This document shows positions 16,012 to 27,730 of a stretch of 61,691 bases of DNA, in pieces. Below the pieces are notes generated by a model. The model made no database searches. It worked only from the letters and a program-made list of their open reading frames with translations, and had not been told where the DNA came from. A program made the translations under genes and the position numbers. Origin of the DNA: Fonticula alba ATCC 38817 (taxonomy: Eukaryota > Protista > Nucleariida); assembly GCA_000388065.2 (NCBI GenBank), contig KB932202.1. The stretch is one strand, 5' to 3'. Numbering within the stretch: position 1 is the first letter of the stretch; each line of letters opens with the position of its first letter.

Positions 16012-19000
16012 AAGCGCTCCCATGCAAATGAGGTCGCCGGCAGTGACAAGTGCGCGTGCGGGCGCGCGCGCACGGCGGGCGGGACACGCACGTTTCGTAG
16101 GTGCTGTTTGTGTGGGGCACAAAATAGAGCCCGGCCAAATCCGAGCGGTTCAGCGGCAGCGACGGCTGGATGGTGTTGGCCACGGCGTCGCCCTGCGGGA
16201 TGCCGGGGATGAAGTTGGTGGACTGCGATTTCCCCGGGCAGGGGGGAGGGGGGCCATGTTAGCGCGCAGCCCTGGGCGCAAGGAGCGCGGAAGGGAGAGC
16301 AAGAGGAAAAAGAGCAACCCCCAGAGGGGCATAGCAGCCTATCGGCGGCGCCCCCTGCGAGGCCTCCGTACCAGGCTGATGAAGAGCTTGACCGCGCCGT
16401 CGACCACATGCGTGCCGAGGGACTGCTGGTGGCTGAGAGCAAAGGCATCGGCGGCGATGGTGGCCGCGGGGCCCTTGCTGCCGCGACTGGCGGTCGCGGC
16501 CGCCGCGTCACCGCCACCAAAGCGCAGGAGAGAAATGCGCGAGTAGAGCCAGTTCTGCCGGGAGGGGAGGCACGTCAGACGCCGGGCACCGGGCGCGGGA
16601 GCCAGGAAGGCCCACCAGGGGACCAGGGGGGGGGGGGGACCAGGACATACCATGCTGTGGGAAATGATGGCCAGGGTCTCCATGCGGGCGGGGCTCAGCT
16701 CGAACTTGAGCGCCGCCTCCGACAGGACGGTCGACCCGTCGTCGTATGCCGAGAAGGGGGACACCGCGCCCGGGGAGTAGTACGTCGGTCCGGAGCCAAT
16801 GTGCGACCGGCCGAAGTCCGCATGCTGGGCCGGCTTGTTTCGGTAGTCCGGCTGCTCGGTCTTGCGAATGGACCGCATGCGCGCGCGGTCCTCGTCGAAG
16901 TCGCGCCGGCACAGCTGGTCCGCGGTGAGGAAGTCATTCTGCAGCCGAGGAGCACCAACCAGGGGCAGGGTGGCCGGCCGGGGGATGGGACAACCCCCGC
17001 CCGATTCCGCGAGCCCAGCAGCAGGCCGAGAGTCAGAACGCGCCTTCCAAGAGACCCCCCTGGAGCAGGAAGAAAAAAAAAGACGGCCGAACGCGTGCGC
17101 CGGGGAGGGGGGGGGGGGGGGACCACCACGCTTGCGCACCACGCAGATGTTTTTGAAGAGATGCTCCAGCCGGTCGGCCGAGGGTTGCAGGTCGCTCGGC
17201 AGGATGTCATACGAGGCCTGCTCGATGCCGGACACCAGCAGATTGTTGCTGGCCCGCGAAAGGATATTCTGCCCGAGGGTGTAGTACTTCTTCACCAGGG
17301 CCACGGCCAGCTGGACGATGGAGTCCCGACATTCGGCCGGCAGGCCCAGGCGCTCGGACCGCGACGACACGAAGGCCAGCTCGGCCAGGATGGCCAGCAG
17401 CCGAGCCGCCGACCGGAGGACCGGCGGTCCGCTCGGCTGCGGACACACCTCCGGCACCGGGCTTTCCGCGCTCAGGGCCGCCAGGCTGCCGGCCGGCAGG
17501 GCCCCCGCGTGAACCTCCGCCGGCCCGGCCCCGGCATTGTACTCGAACAGGCGGTTGACCTCTTGGAAAATCTCCAACGAGATGGTCTCCGCTCGGGAAA
17601 AGAGCGCCGGCAGGAAGGCATCCATCATGAAGCGCCGCAGGTAGTCGCTGAAGCCGAGGACCGCGGCCGAGCCCGGGGAGCCCGACCCGGTGGACCCGAG
17701 CCCGGCCCCGGGCCCGGCCGAGGAGTCGCCCCCGAGGCCGGGGCTCCCGCCCGCCGGCCCCGGCGCCGGTCGCTTGGCCGCCAAGGTGTTGATGCTGCCG
17801 CCGATGGCAAAGTAAAACTTCTCCATGGCCAACTTCCCATAGTTCGAGGGGACAAACTCCGGCGGGGCAATCGACAGCGAGGCCTTGCACCGGCGGAAGC
17901 AGACATCCGTGAAGGACCGAATGGGGCCCGTCACCACGATGGTCAGGCAGGCATTCGGCATGGCCAGCAGGCGATGCCCAGTGACACCGGTCTGCCCGGC
18001 CGATGTGCCGGATTCGGCGTCGGGCCCGAGAGTGTGCAGAAGCCCATGAGAGCTGCCCAGTGGGCCGCCGGTGGGGGAGCGGCCAAAGCCGGGCCCCGGG
18101 GGGGGGGGGGGAATCCAGGCGGCAGAGAGGCGAGGGTGAGTGTCTGGCGCATTTGCGCATCAGCCAGCGGGGAAGCACAGCGGAAGCAGGCACGAACCTG
18201 GTCGAGTGGGCACGCAGGTGGTCGGTCACGGCCAGCGATGCGCGCGAGTTGGCCAACTTCAGGAGCTGGCCTCGGCCAAGGACGGGGAGAGGAGGTTAGA
18301 CAAAGCGGCGCCCCCACCGGGCCAGTGCAAACAACATGCCCCCCCCCCCCCCCCCCCCCCCCCCGGCCATCGCTCCGTGTGTGTGTGTGTGTGTGTGTAT
18401 GAGAGAGAGTCCCTCCCTCGTGCTCGTTGCACACCCCTTGCAGCTGCTTCCCGGGGTGGAGACGCACCCCCCGGCCCTGGGCATTGATGGAGTCCACGGA
18501 GGCACCGGGCTTCTTGGCGACCGTTTGCGGGCGCTTGAAGCCGAAGATGCCGCCCGAGTCGGAGATGTTCTGCGTGATGGTCTTGGACATTTCCGACAGC
18601 GAGGCCATCGTCGCGGCCAGGGTGGAGCTTGTATCGATCGACCGGATGGACAGGTAGTCGTCCATGAAAACGCGGAGCTGCACAGCGAGCAAGAAGCCGG
18701 TGAGTCAAATGCGCGTGCTGGCGGGCGGCCACACAAAGGCCGGGGCGCAGGCATGGCAGCGGCCCTGAGGGAGGGCCAGCCGGCCTGCTCTCTCCCCCAG
18801 CATGCCCTGTGCGTGTGTTCAGATGCAAATGTGTGCACGGCCGCATGTGCGCGTGTGCGCGTGTGCGCGTGTGTTTGAAAAGCAATGCGCGCACCTCCCG
18901 ATCGATGGCAATCCAAATGGGCTCAATGGGCGGGAAGCGCGCGTGCGCATTCGACGAGATGGTCTGGTACATGTCCATGTGGGACTTGGGCGGGGCCGAG

Positions 19001-21650
19001 CCCACGGGAATCAGGCCGAACTCCACGGCCGCGCAGCGGATTTCGTGCGAGATGTACAGGTGCAGCTCGTGGCACAGGCCCGACAGCTGGAAGAAGGCCG
19101 CCAGGAGTTCCCGCACGAAGGTGGCATCGCGGAAGGCCACCGCCGGGGTGGGCCCAGCGGCGCCCCCGGTCCCGGGGCCGGCGTCCCCCGCACGGCCGCC
19201 CGCATCGCGCGAGGCAGTGCCATCAGACCCCGGNNNNNNNNNNNNNNNNNNNNNNNNNNNNNNNNNNNNNNNNNNNNNNNNNNNNNNNNNNNNNNNNNNN
19301 NNNNNNNNNNNNNNNNNNNNNNNNNNNNNNNNNNNNNNNNNNNNNNNNNNNNNNNNNNNNNNNNNNNNNNNNNNNNNNNNNNNNNNNNGGGGGGGGGGGG
19401 GGGGGGGGGAAGAGCGCGGCAGATCGGCGGCCACAGGAGAACGGGGCACAAAAGGACATACGCGGGAGGCGGGAGCATTGGCGCGGGTCAGTGTCCGAAG
19501 GATGGGCCGCGTCAAGGGGGGACACAGGCCAGGGCGCGAGGCAGGAACGGCAACCAAAAGACGACCAACCGCCGCACGCACTTCTGGTCGGCCAGCTGGA
19601 TGGCGTGCTCCATCATCTGGAAGACATTCTTTTCCAGGGACTGATTCAGCTTCTCCACCAGATAGTCCAATAGGCCGAGCTTGGCCGAGGACTTGATGAG
19701 CGATCGGATGCGCGCACGCAGAGGGCAACTGATCCACCAGTCAAACTCGGTGGCTAGACCGGGTCCAGGGGCGGGAGGAGGGGGGCGGGATGCAGGGCGA
19801 AAGGGTGAGCCAGCGCCGATGCGGCCAGCCGGGAGACCAGCGGCCAAGGTAGGCAGGGAGGGAGGAGCAGGGCAAGCGGGGCGCGGGGGGACGGCATGGG
19901 GAGGCGCGCACCGGCCGGGTCATGGGCGCGGCCCAGCTGGCGGAAGGCCGCGGAGTTGGTCGCCTGCGAGGTGTCCGGCGTGGCCTGGTATTCACTGAGG
20001 AGCTGCCGCGCGGAGGCCTCGATGGCAGCCACCGAGGCGTCATGCACACTCGGGGCCAGGTCGATGACGGCGCATTCCCCAAAAAGGATGGCATCGATGT
20101 CCTCCTCTTCGTCGGCCGGCGCCGGGGCCGGTCCCGCGCCGGCCGAGGGGAGGACCGCCCCGCGCGGGGCATCCGGCCCGCCATCGGCCCGCTGCTGGTT
20201 CAGCATCTTCAGGACGCTGGCAAATTGCCGCGAGTGGCGCTTTTCCACGTCGTCGGTCAGGTGCGCGGCATTGCGCATCGGCGGGCCGGTGTCAAACTCG
20301 GCCCGGCCGATGGGCCGCCGGCGATCGGTGTCCCGGCCGCCGGCCGTGAGCCCATGCGACGCCGAGTAGAGGGCCGCCACATTGCGACCGCCGCGCGGCC
20401 CGCCGGCACCCCCGCCCGGGGCCATGATGCTATTGGTGCGCAGGAGGAGGCTGGTCCGGAACTCGGCGTCCACCCCGGGCGAGGAGGGGGCCGATCCGGC
20501 CGGCGAGCCGGCCGCCGATCCGGCCATCGCCCGCGCCGCCGACGAGGTGGACATGAAGGAGGCCAGGGCCGAGGTGGTGGCCACCTCGGCATCCAGGAGG
20601 GCCGCCTCCCGCGTGGCGCACTCGGCGAAGAACTGCATCGCCTCCTCGCTGGTGGTGCGGTCCGTCAAGAAGAGAATGCCCATCAACTCCTCGAGGATGG
20701 TGTTGAAGAGGTCCTGCAATGAGGCCGGAGGGAGAGATCGTCGAGGGGGGGGGGGGGGGGCGCACGGGCCGGCGCCCGGGGAAGGGACCATGGCCGAGGG
20801 CCGGTCAGCACATGAGGAAGGGCCGAGGCCTGGGCGGCCTGGCGCTGAAGAGGGGGGCGGGGGGCCGGAGAACGAACCGAGGACAGCACACCCAGCGACG
20901 AATGGAGCTTCTGCAGGGCCGTCAGCTCGGAGAATTCGTCGGAGCTGGTCTGGTTAAGGGCAATGTGCAGGACGTCGGCCGCGGCCACAATTTGCCGGGC
21001 ATCCATCAGGCGCTGGATGTACGCCGGGGTGCGCTGGATGATGCGCCTGTCAAGGGCAGCGGCGGGGCAGGAGCGGGACAGCAGNNNNNNNNNNNNNNNN
21101 NNNNNNNNNNNNNNNNNNNNNNNNNNNNNNNNNNNNNNNNNNNNNNNNNNNNNNNNNNNNNNNNNNNNNNNNNNNNNNNNNNNNNNNNNNNNNNNNNNNN
21201 NNNNNNNNNNNNNNGGGGGGGGGGGGGGGGGGGGGATCGGTCAGCCGCGCAGACACCAGGCCAAGCCACATGGAACTGGACTCGTGGGAGGCGCCAACAA
21301 ACGGGGGCCCACGGCCGGCGAGGGCCACGCACATCTTCTCCGAGATCGAGAGGGCCGTATCATGGCGCAGCTTGTCGAAGAGCAGGGCCTCGAGCGCCTC
21401 GCGGTGGAAGCGGAATTGCGCCTGCTCGTGCTTGATCCCGCGCAGGTTGCGCAAAATGATCTCCAGCTGGGTCTCGGCCAGACGCACGCCATCGGTGATC
21501 TGCCCGAAGGTGACCAGCACGTCGGTAATGCTAACATGGTTGCCTGCGGGCGGGTGGGCATTTCAAATGGACGTGGTGAGCGGCCGACTGCGTGTGAAAA
21601 CCCGGCGCAGGGACTGGACAGAGAAAGAGGGAGAGGGAGAGGGAGAGGGA

Positions 21651-21685
<35 letters not shown>

Positions 21686-22449
21686 GGGGGGCAGGGAATG
21701 GTGGCGCGTGACGCACGCGTGATGATCTCGTCCAGGGCCTTGCACGTCGAGTCCAGCAGGTTGGTCAGGAGGCTGGTCGATTGCGACGCATGGACCAGGT
21801 GGTGGGGGATGGCCTCGGACCGGAAGATCGGCATGACCTCCACGTCGCAGTGGTCATTCCGGAGCCGGTGTGTCTCCGAGTGGTAGAGGATGGCCAGGGA
21901 AACCTGCAGCGCGTCGTACTCCGTGTTGCCGGCATACAGCGGCTGGTAGAAGTCCCGGATGACCTTCTGCGAGTGGGTGTAGTGCGACCGGCCGGAGGGG
22001 AGGTATGACGAGCCGCCGGAGGCGCCGGCGCCGCCGTCATCCCCGCGGCCCCCATGGCGGCCATACGCCCCGCTGCCTGCGCCGCCACCGGCCTCGTCAT
22101 CCGAGCTGTCGTCGCCATTGTAGGCCGGACGCCCGGCGGTCGGGGTGGGGGCGGTCGGAGTCGGCGGCCCGGCTCGGCCCCGGCGGCCGAACTGCAGCCT
22201 CCGCACCGAGGAGGTCAGCGCGTCGGAAATCGGCGAGAAGGGCTGCAGCGCCGCCATGGAGGCCGACGCGAAGGCCGACGAGGAGGAGGAGGAGGAGGCC
22301 GGTGCCCCGGCGCCATCTGCCGTGGCGCCGCCATTGCTTCCATTCGCCGAGGCACTTCCCTCGCGCCGGAGGAAGCTCAGCGGCCGACGTGAGGCCGCGG
22401 GCCCGGCCGCAGGGGGCGCTCCGCCGGGCGGCGGGTGGCTCGGGGGCAT
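14400..22449 (-). CDS. EXOC4: Exocyst complex component 4 (Sec8)
   Basis: Recalled Sec8-like blocks in the expected order: QRTPAYIQRLMDARQIVAAADVL, DLFNTILEEL, GHRLLAMP, RFVFYGL..IAESLIDSSQYIHYINRQGVLRLTLNVFYIQQHL, LARALALFQLLY. Exons 22449-21717, 21543-21333, 21046-20878, 20713-19912, 19753-19582, ~19233-18895 (start in gap), 18677-18468, 18265-18198, 18052-17140, 16938-16651, 16554-16372, 16222-16092, 15625-15289, 15119-14400. Confidence 0.87.
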
Positions 22450-23191
22450 GGCACGCGCGAGGCTCAAGCGGACCGGAGCGACGGGGGGAGAGGAGCCCGA
22501 GGGGGAGGAGCCGAGCCGAGCCGGGGAGCCGGAGCGGGATGGACAAAGAGACGGGGGGNNNNNNNNNNNNNNNNNNNNNNNNNNNNNNNNNNNNNNNNNN
22601 NNNNNNNNNNNNNNNNNNNNNNNNNNNNNNNNNNNNNNNNNNNNNNNNNNNNNNNNNNNNNNNNNNNNNNNNNNNNNNNNNNNNNNNNNNNNNNNNNNNN
22701 NNNNNNNNNNNNNNNNNNNNNNNNNNNNNNNNNNNNNNNNNNNNNNNNNNNNNNNNNNNNNNNNNNNNNNNNNNNNNNNNNNNNNNNNNNNNNNNNNNNN
22801 NNNNNNNNNNNNNNNNNNNNNNNNNNNNNNNNNNNNNNNNNNNNNNNNNNNNNNNNNNNNNNNNNNNNNNNNNNNNNNNNNNNNNNNNNNNNNNNNNNNN
22901 NNNNNNNNNNNNNNNNNNNNNNNNNNNNNNNNNNNNNNNNNNNNNNNNNNNNNNNNNNNNNNNNNNNNNNNNNNNNNNNNNNNNNNNNNNNNNNNNNNNN
23001 NNNNNNNNNNNNNNNNNNNNNNNNNNNNNNNNNNNNNNNNNNNNNNNNNNNNNNNNNNNNNNNNNNNNNNNNNNNNNNNNNNNNNNNNNNNNNNNNNNNN
23101 NNNNNNNNNNNNNNNNNNNNNNNNNNNNNNNNNNNNNNNNNNNNNNNNNNNNNNNNNNNNNNNGGGGGGGGGGGGGGGAGGCAGCGCGCAC

Positions 23192-26100
23192 CTGCGGGTC
23201 GAGATTGACCCCGCTGCTTGGGGCTGCCGAGGACCGAGCCAAGCGCGAGTACATATCGTGGTCCCGGCGGACGCGGTCGACCAGGTCCCGAAGCGGATCG
23301 AGGACCTTGTGTCGGATGACGGCCGGCCGATTGGCCGACTTCGGTCGCGCGCCCATCCCGAGGCAATCCCAGGTGAAGGGGTGAGCGGGCGAATGCAGGG
23401 CGGCGAGATGCCACCCGAAGGGCGGGCGGAAGGAGCGCATCGGCCGGGGCCGAGCATGCCGCTGGCGACAACCAAAAGGGCCGGCTGGACGCACCTCGGA
23501 ATCAGAGCCATACAATCCGGACCGGAGGCCAAACTGCAGGATGGCCAGCAAGGCAGACAGGACGTCCCGATTGTCCAGCAGGGCTCGAACGGAAAGGGGC
23601 TGGGCCGGGTCCGGCCCGCCGGCGCGGGGCTGCTTCGGCGGGTTGATTTTGTCCCGCACCAGGGAGTCCACCACGCCGGCCAGGGCGTCGAAGGACCCCG
23701 CCCCGAAGGCGCGGTCCGTCTGGCCGGGGGAGCAACGGCGACATACGTCAGGGGAATGGCGGCAACCGATGGGGAAAAGGGCGCGAGGGAGCCCGGGAAG
23801 AAGAGGGGGGGAGGGGGCAGCACGGCGCCACGCACCGCCAGCGATGAAGAGAGGCTCAGCCGGTCGAAGTCCTTGTACAGCAGCAGCAGGGCGCCTTTCA
23901 CGGGAACCGGTGGCAGCATGGGGGGGGGGGGGGGTCAGAAAAGGGGAGGAAGAACAAGGAGGTGCCACACACTCGTGCCGGGCAACATGAACAGAGAGGG
24001 GGGGGGGGGAAGTGACCCCGGGCTCCGGGCGTACCCTTTGACGTCGGGAAGGGGCACCGCGCGGCCAGGTCCAGCAGCGCACGCCGCCGGGCCGGCCCCT
24101 CGGCCAGGCCCAGCACGCGCACCAGGCCCAGGTCCCAGGCGGCCGCGGAGAAGGCGTAGCTCGGCGACCCGAAGGAGGCCAGGGAGATGATCGACTCGCA
24201 CAGCGGCCCGAGCAGCTGCTGGTGGAAGTGGGCCAGCCGGTGGGGGCCGCCGGCATCGGGCCCCTCCGACGCCGTGGCCGACAGCCGGAGGTACTCGCTG
24301 ACCAGGCGACTTTCGCGGGTGATGGTGAAGGGGCTGCCTGTGGCGGAGGCCCGCGCCAGCGCCGGCTGGACAAACGGCAAACCCGGGGGCCGGGGGGTCG
24401 GCCGGCCGGACCGGCATGCGGCCAGGCACCCGGCCGATGCGAACTCCAGCAAGGTCCGCCCATAGACATTGGCCTGGGCCACCGGACTTCGGTGCCAGGC
24501 GGGGCCGGGGTGTGTCAGTGGCCGGTGGGCATGCGCATGTGTTTCTGGGCGCATGTACATGCACATCATGCGCCAAGGGAGGCCTCCCCCCCCCCTCCGG
24601 GGGGTGGGCCCTGGCTGCCGGACAAAGGGCCAGGAGGACAAGGAAAAGGGGGAGGAGCGAGGGGGCGGGGGGGGAAACACACCTGTCCAAGAGGGCAAAG
24701 GCGGCCGGCACCAGCAGGAGCAGGCGCTGGCTCGAGTGCAGCGGCGTCGGCAGGCAGGGCAGGACGGCCGGCGCGGTGGCCGGGCAACAGGCCTGCTCGC
24801 AGGGGCGCCCCGCGTCCAGCGGCCAGGCCAGGGGCAGGCTGCCCAGCAGGGCCCACAGCCCCACGCCCAGGGGGTGGACCTGCGGCGGGGCCCGCGCCCG
24901 CGAGGCGGTGTGCTGCTCCAGCAGCTCGGACGGCGCCATGCCCAGCGTGGCCAGGGTATCGGCCACCGATCGGCCCTCACGCGGCCACGCCGGGTCACCC
25001 TCGGCCGGACGGTCCGGCTCATTTTCCGGATCGAAGGAGAAGTCCACCACCTGGAGAGCATCCTCCGGGCCGCCGAAGTCCGGCTCGAAATCCAGCGACG
25101 GAACCCCCCGGTCATACGGGTCAAACACGTCGTAGCACAGGTGCTCGGCCTTGTCCGCCTGCAGGAGGGCCTCGAAGTCGAAGTCCTCGGCCCCGGGAGA
25201 GGGGGGACCCGAGGACGCCGGCGGCGGGGGCATTTCCGGATGCTGCATGCCGGCCACCCCGGCGTCCAGCCGGTCGAAGCGCACTCGCCGGCATTCCAGC
25301 AGGGCCACCGCGGTCAGGATCTCCCCGCCGGCCAGGAGCCCCGTCCGGCCGGCCGCATGCAGCAGAGCCCCCAGCCCGGGCAGGGGGGGCGGCAGCCGGC
25401 CGCCACCGGGGCCGGACACCGCCGGACAGTCGGCCGCCAGCCCGGTGGGCAGGATCCCGGCCGCCGGCAGCCCACGCTCGATGCCGCTGCCGGGGCCCGG
25501 GCTCAAGGGGCCCGGGGGCAAGGCCGCATCCGCGGCCCAAGGGGCCACCCCGGCCGGCAGCAGGAGCAGCGTCCCGGCGGCCAGCCGCGACAGCAGGGCC
25601 CCGGCATGGCGCTTGGCCAGATGCGCCGGGCCCTCGAAGGGGGTCGGCTTGAAGGCCCAGTCGATGCGGAGCTCGGCGAAGGCCCGGCATGCGGCCGGCC
25701 GGGACAGCGCCCCGGCATGCAGGAGCCCCGTGCCGATGGCCAGCCCGGTGACCGGGGCCCCGGCCGCCCCGAGCCCCTGGGGGTCCCCCTCGGCCAGGCC
25801 GACCGCCAGCGACAGGCAGGCCACCGCCACCGGCACCGACGCGTGGAACAGCTGGAAGAGCAGGAAGGCGCGCTTCGGGCAGTGTGTCGCCGGCGCGGCG
25901 GGGCCCGGCCCGGCCCCGGCCCCGGCCCCGGCCCCGGCCTGTGCCACACAATAGGCACTCGGGGCCCCGGTGGCCGAGGCCGCCGGCCGGTCGGCCAGCT
26001 GGCGCTCATGCCGCGTGCGCGCCGCATTCACCTGCTCCCAGTCGCGCGCGCCCCGGTCGAAGGAGCGCTGGAAGACGCGCGCCAGGCAGCGCGACGCCTC

Positions 26101-26712
26101 GCCCAGGACACGCAGCGCATCGGCCTCCGGCGTCCTGCCGGCCAGGTGGCTCAGACAGACGGCCAGCGCTCGCAGGGCCAGCGCGCAGCGCGCCCCAAAC
26201 CGGTCCATCTTCGGACTGCACTCGGCCGAGCGCAACTCACGGACACAAGCCCGCGCCAGGCGCTGCGCGAACATGGCCCCCCCACCGGGGCCGGCCCCGG
26301 CACACCCGGCCAGCGACACCCGGTCCAGCAGGTGGCACACGGCATCCAGGCCAAGCCGGTCGGCCTCCAGCCCGGGCACCTGGCCCAGGAGCAGACGCAT
26401 CAGGCGCCCGGCCGCCGGGGCCAGCCCGGCGAACACGTCCGTCCCGGCCAGCAGCCCCACTAGGCCCAGGAGAAATCCCCGACGCAGGGACACCCCGGCA
26501 CTGACGGGCCCCGGCGGCCGGTCGGGCCCCGGGGCCGGCCCGCCCACCGGCCCTCCGGGCGCCGCCATCGCCTGCTCGATGACCACCTGCGCCGGGGCCG
26601 ATGTCAAGTCCAGCGGCAGGGGATGCGGCTGGCCGGTGCTGATGTCCTGGAAGAGGGGACCCGGCTCGGCCCCGGGAGCCGGGGGCCGGGCGATCGGGGC
26701 CGGCGTGGGCCG

Positions 26713-26746
<34 letters not shown>

Positions 26747-27015
26747 TCAACCAGCGCGCCCACCGCCGCGTCCAGCCCGGCGAAGGCGTCCTCCAGGGCG
26801 CCGAGGACCTGCTGCAGGGCCGCCACCCCGGCCGGGCCGGGAGGAAGGTTTTCACGGGCCCCCTCGGTGCCGGCCCCCGGGCGCGGCCTGCCAGACAGGG
26901 GGAAGTCCTCGACGGCCGGGACCATGTGCGTGCCATCGCGCACGCCAACCGCATACTCGACGACGCTTGTGGCCACCGGGTCCAGCAGGGCCAGGATCTC
27001 GTCGACGCGAGGCAT
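23192..27015 (-). CDS. Large helical protein with a C-terminal RUN-like domain; 3' end lies in the N gap 22559-23163
   Basis: Exons 27015-24683, 24486-24035, 23894-23836 and 23719-23192 join in frame. The segment FDALAGVVDSLV...VLSALLAILQFGLRSG...TWDCL...LRDLVDRV resembles RUN blocks (L..IL.HGLK...WD.L). The final donor CAG|gtgcgc runs into the gap. Confidence 0.6.
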
Positions 27016-27730
27016 GGCTGCTCGGGCGAGGCTCGTAGTGGCTGGAGAGGAGCAGCGAGAGAGAGAGAGAGAGAAGAGGAGGAGGAGAAGGAAAGGGCAG
27101 GGAGGAGGATGGAGCGAGCGGAGGAGGATGGAGCCGGCGGAACGGCACACGGGAGACACTCACACAAGCGAGCCAGCCGCGAGAGGGGAGAGAGAGAAAG
27201 AAAGGAAAAAAAAGAGGAGGGACAGACCCGCGATCGGGGGAGGAAGGCATGAGGACGCGCGCACGGCGGCAAGGAGGACACTGCTGACCGCCCCCCGCCG
27301 GGCAAGGTCGCCCGGCCGCACACCCACCCAGGCAGCCCTTCAGCCCGGATCTGTCAGGGCATGCCGGCGGACGGGGACGGGCGCCGGTGCGCCAGGGGCC
27401 CTGGTGCCAACGAACTCGCCGGCCCCGGCGCAAGTCACCCCGGCTCCCGGCCGGCGCCGGCGCCCGGAGCTGACCATCATTGAAAGCGATCTGCACCGGG
27501 GGGGCGGGCGGATCCAGGCCGCGCCGGTACACGCCTCCCCCCCCCCCCCTCCTCCCCTCTCCCTCGTCCCTTTGCTCCTGCCCTCCCGGGGGCCGATTTT
27601 GCACCGCCCCGTGTCCCGCGCCCTCGGGCCCTCTGCCCTCCTCCCCTTTCTCCCCCCCCCCGACTCTCGTACCTTGTGGTCGCTGCCGCCGCCGCCGCCG
27701 AACCGCACCGCCGTCCCCGTGCCGCGTCCC

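Noticed and set aside
17256-17270. ATATCCTTT (U12 donor match) on the minus strand in EXOC4
   Set aside because: It lies inside an open, Sec8-like coding stretch (GQNILSR) and no intron is needed, so it is treated as a chance match.
22449-23192. Possible fusion of the RUN-like gene with EXOC4 across the gap
   Set aside because: EXOC4 has its own plausible ATG, and the 605-nt gap can hold a terminal exon. There is no positive evidence for fusion.
23390-23495. Possible extra intron in the RUN-like gene after GSDSE (GAG|gtgcgt)
   Set aside because: The frame stays open, and the only nearby AG would give a 33-nt intron. I cannot decide without RNA data.
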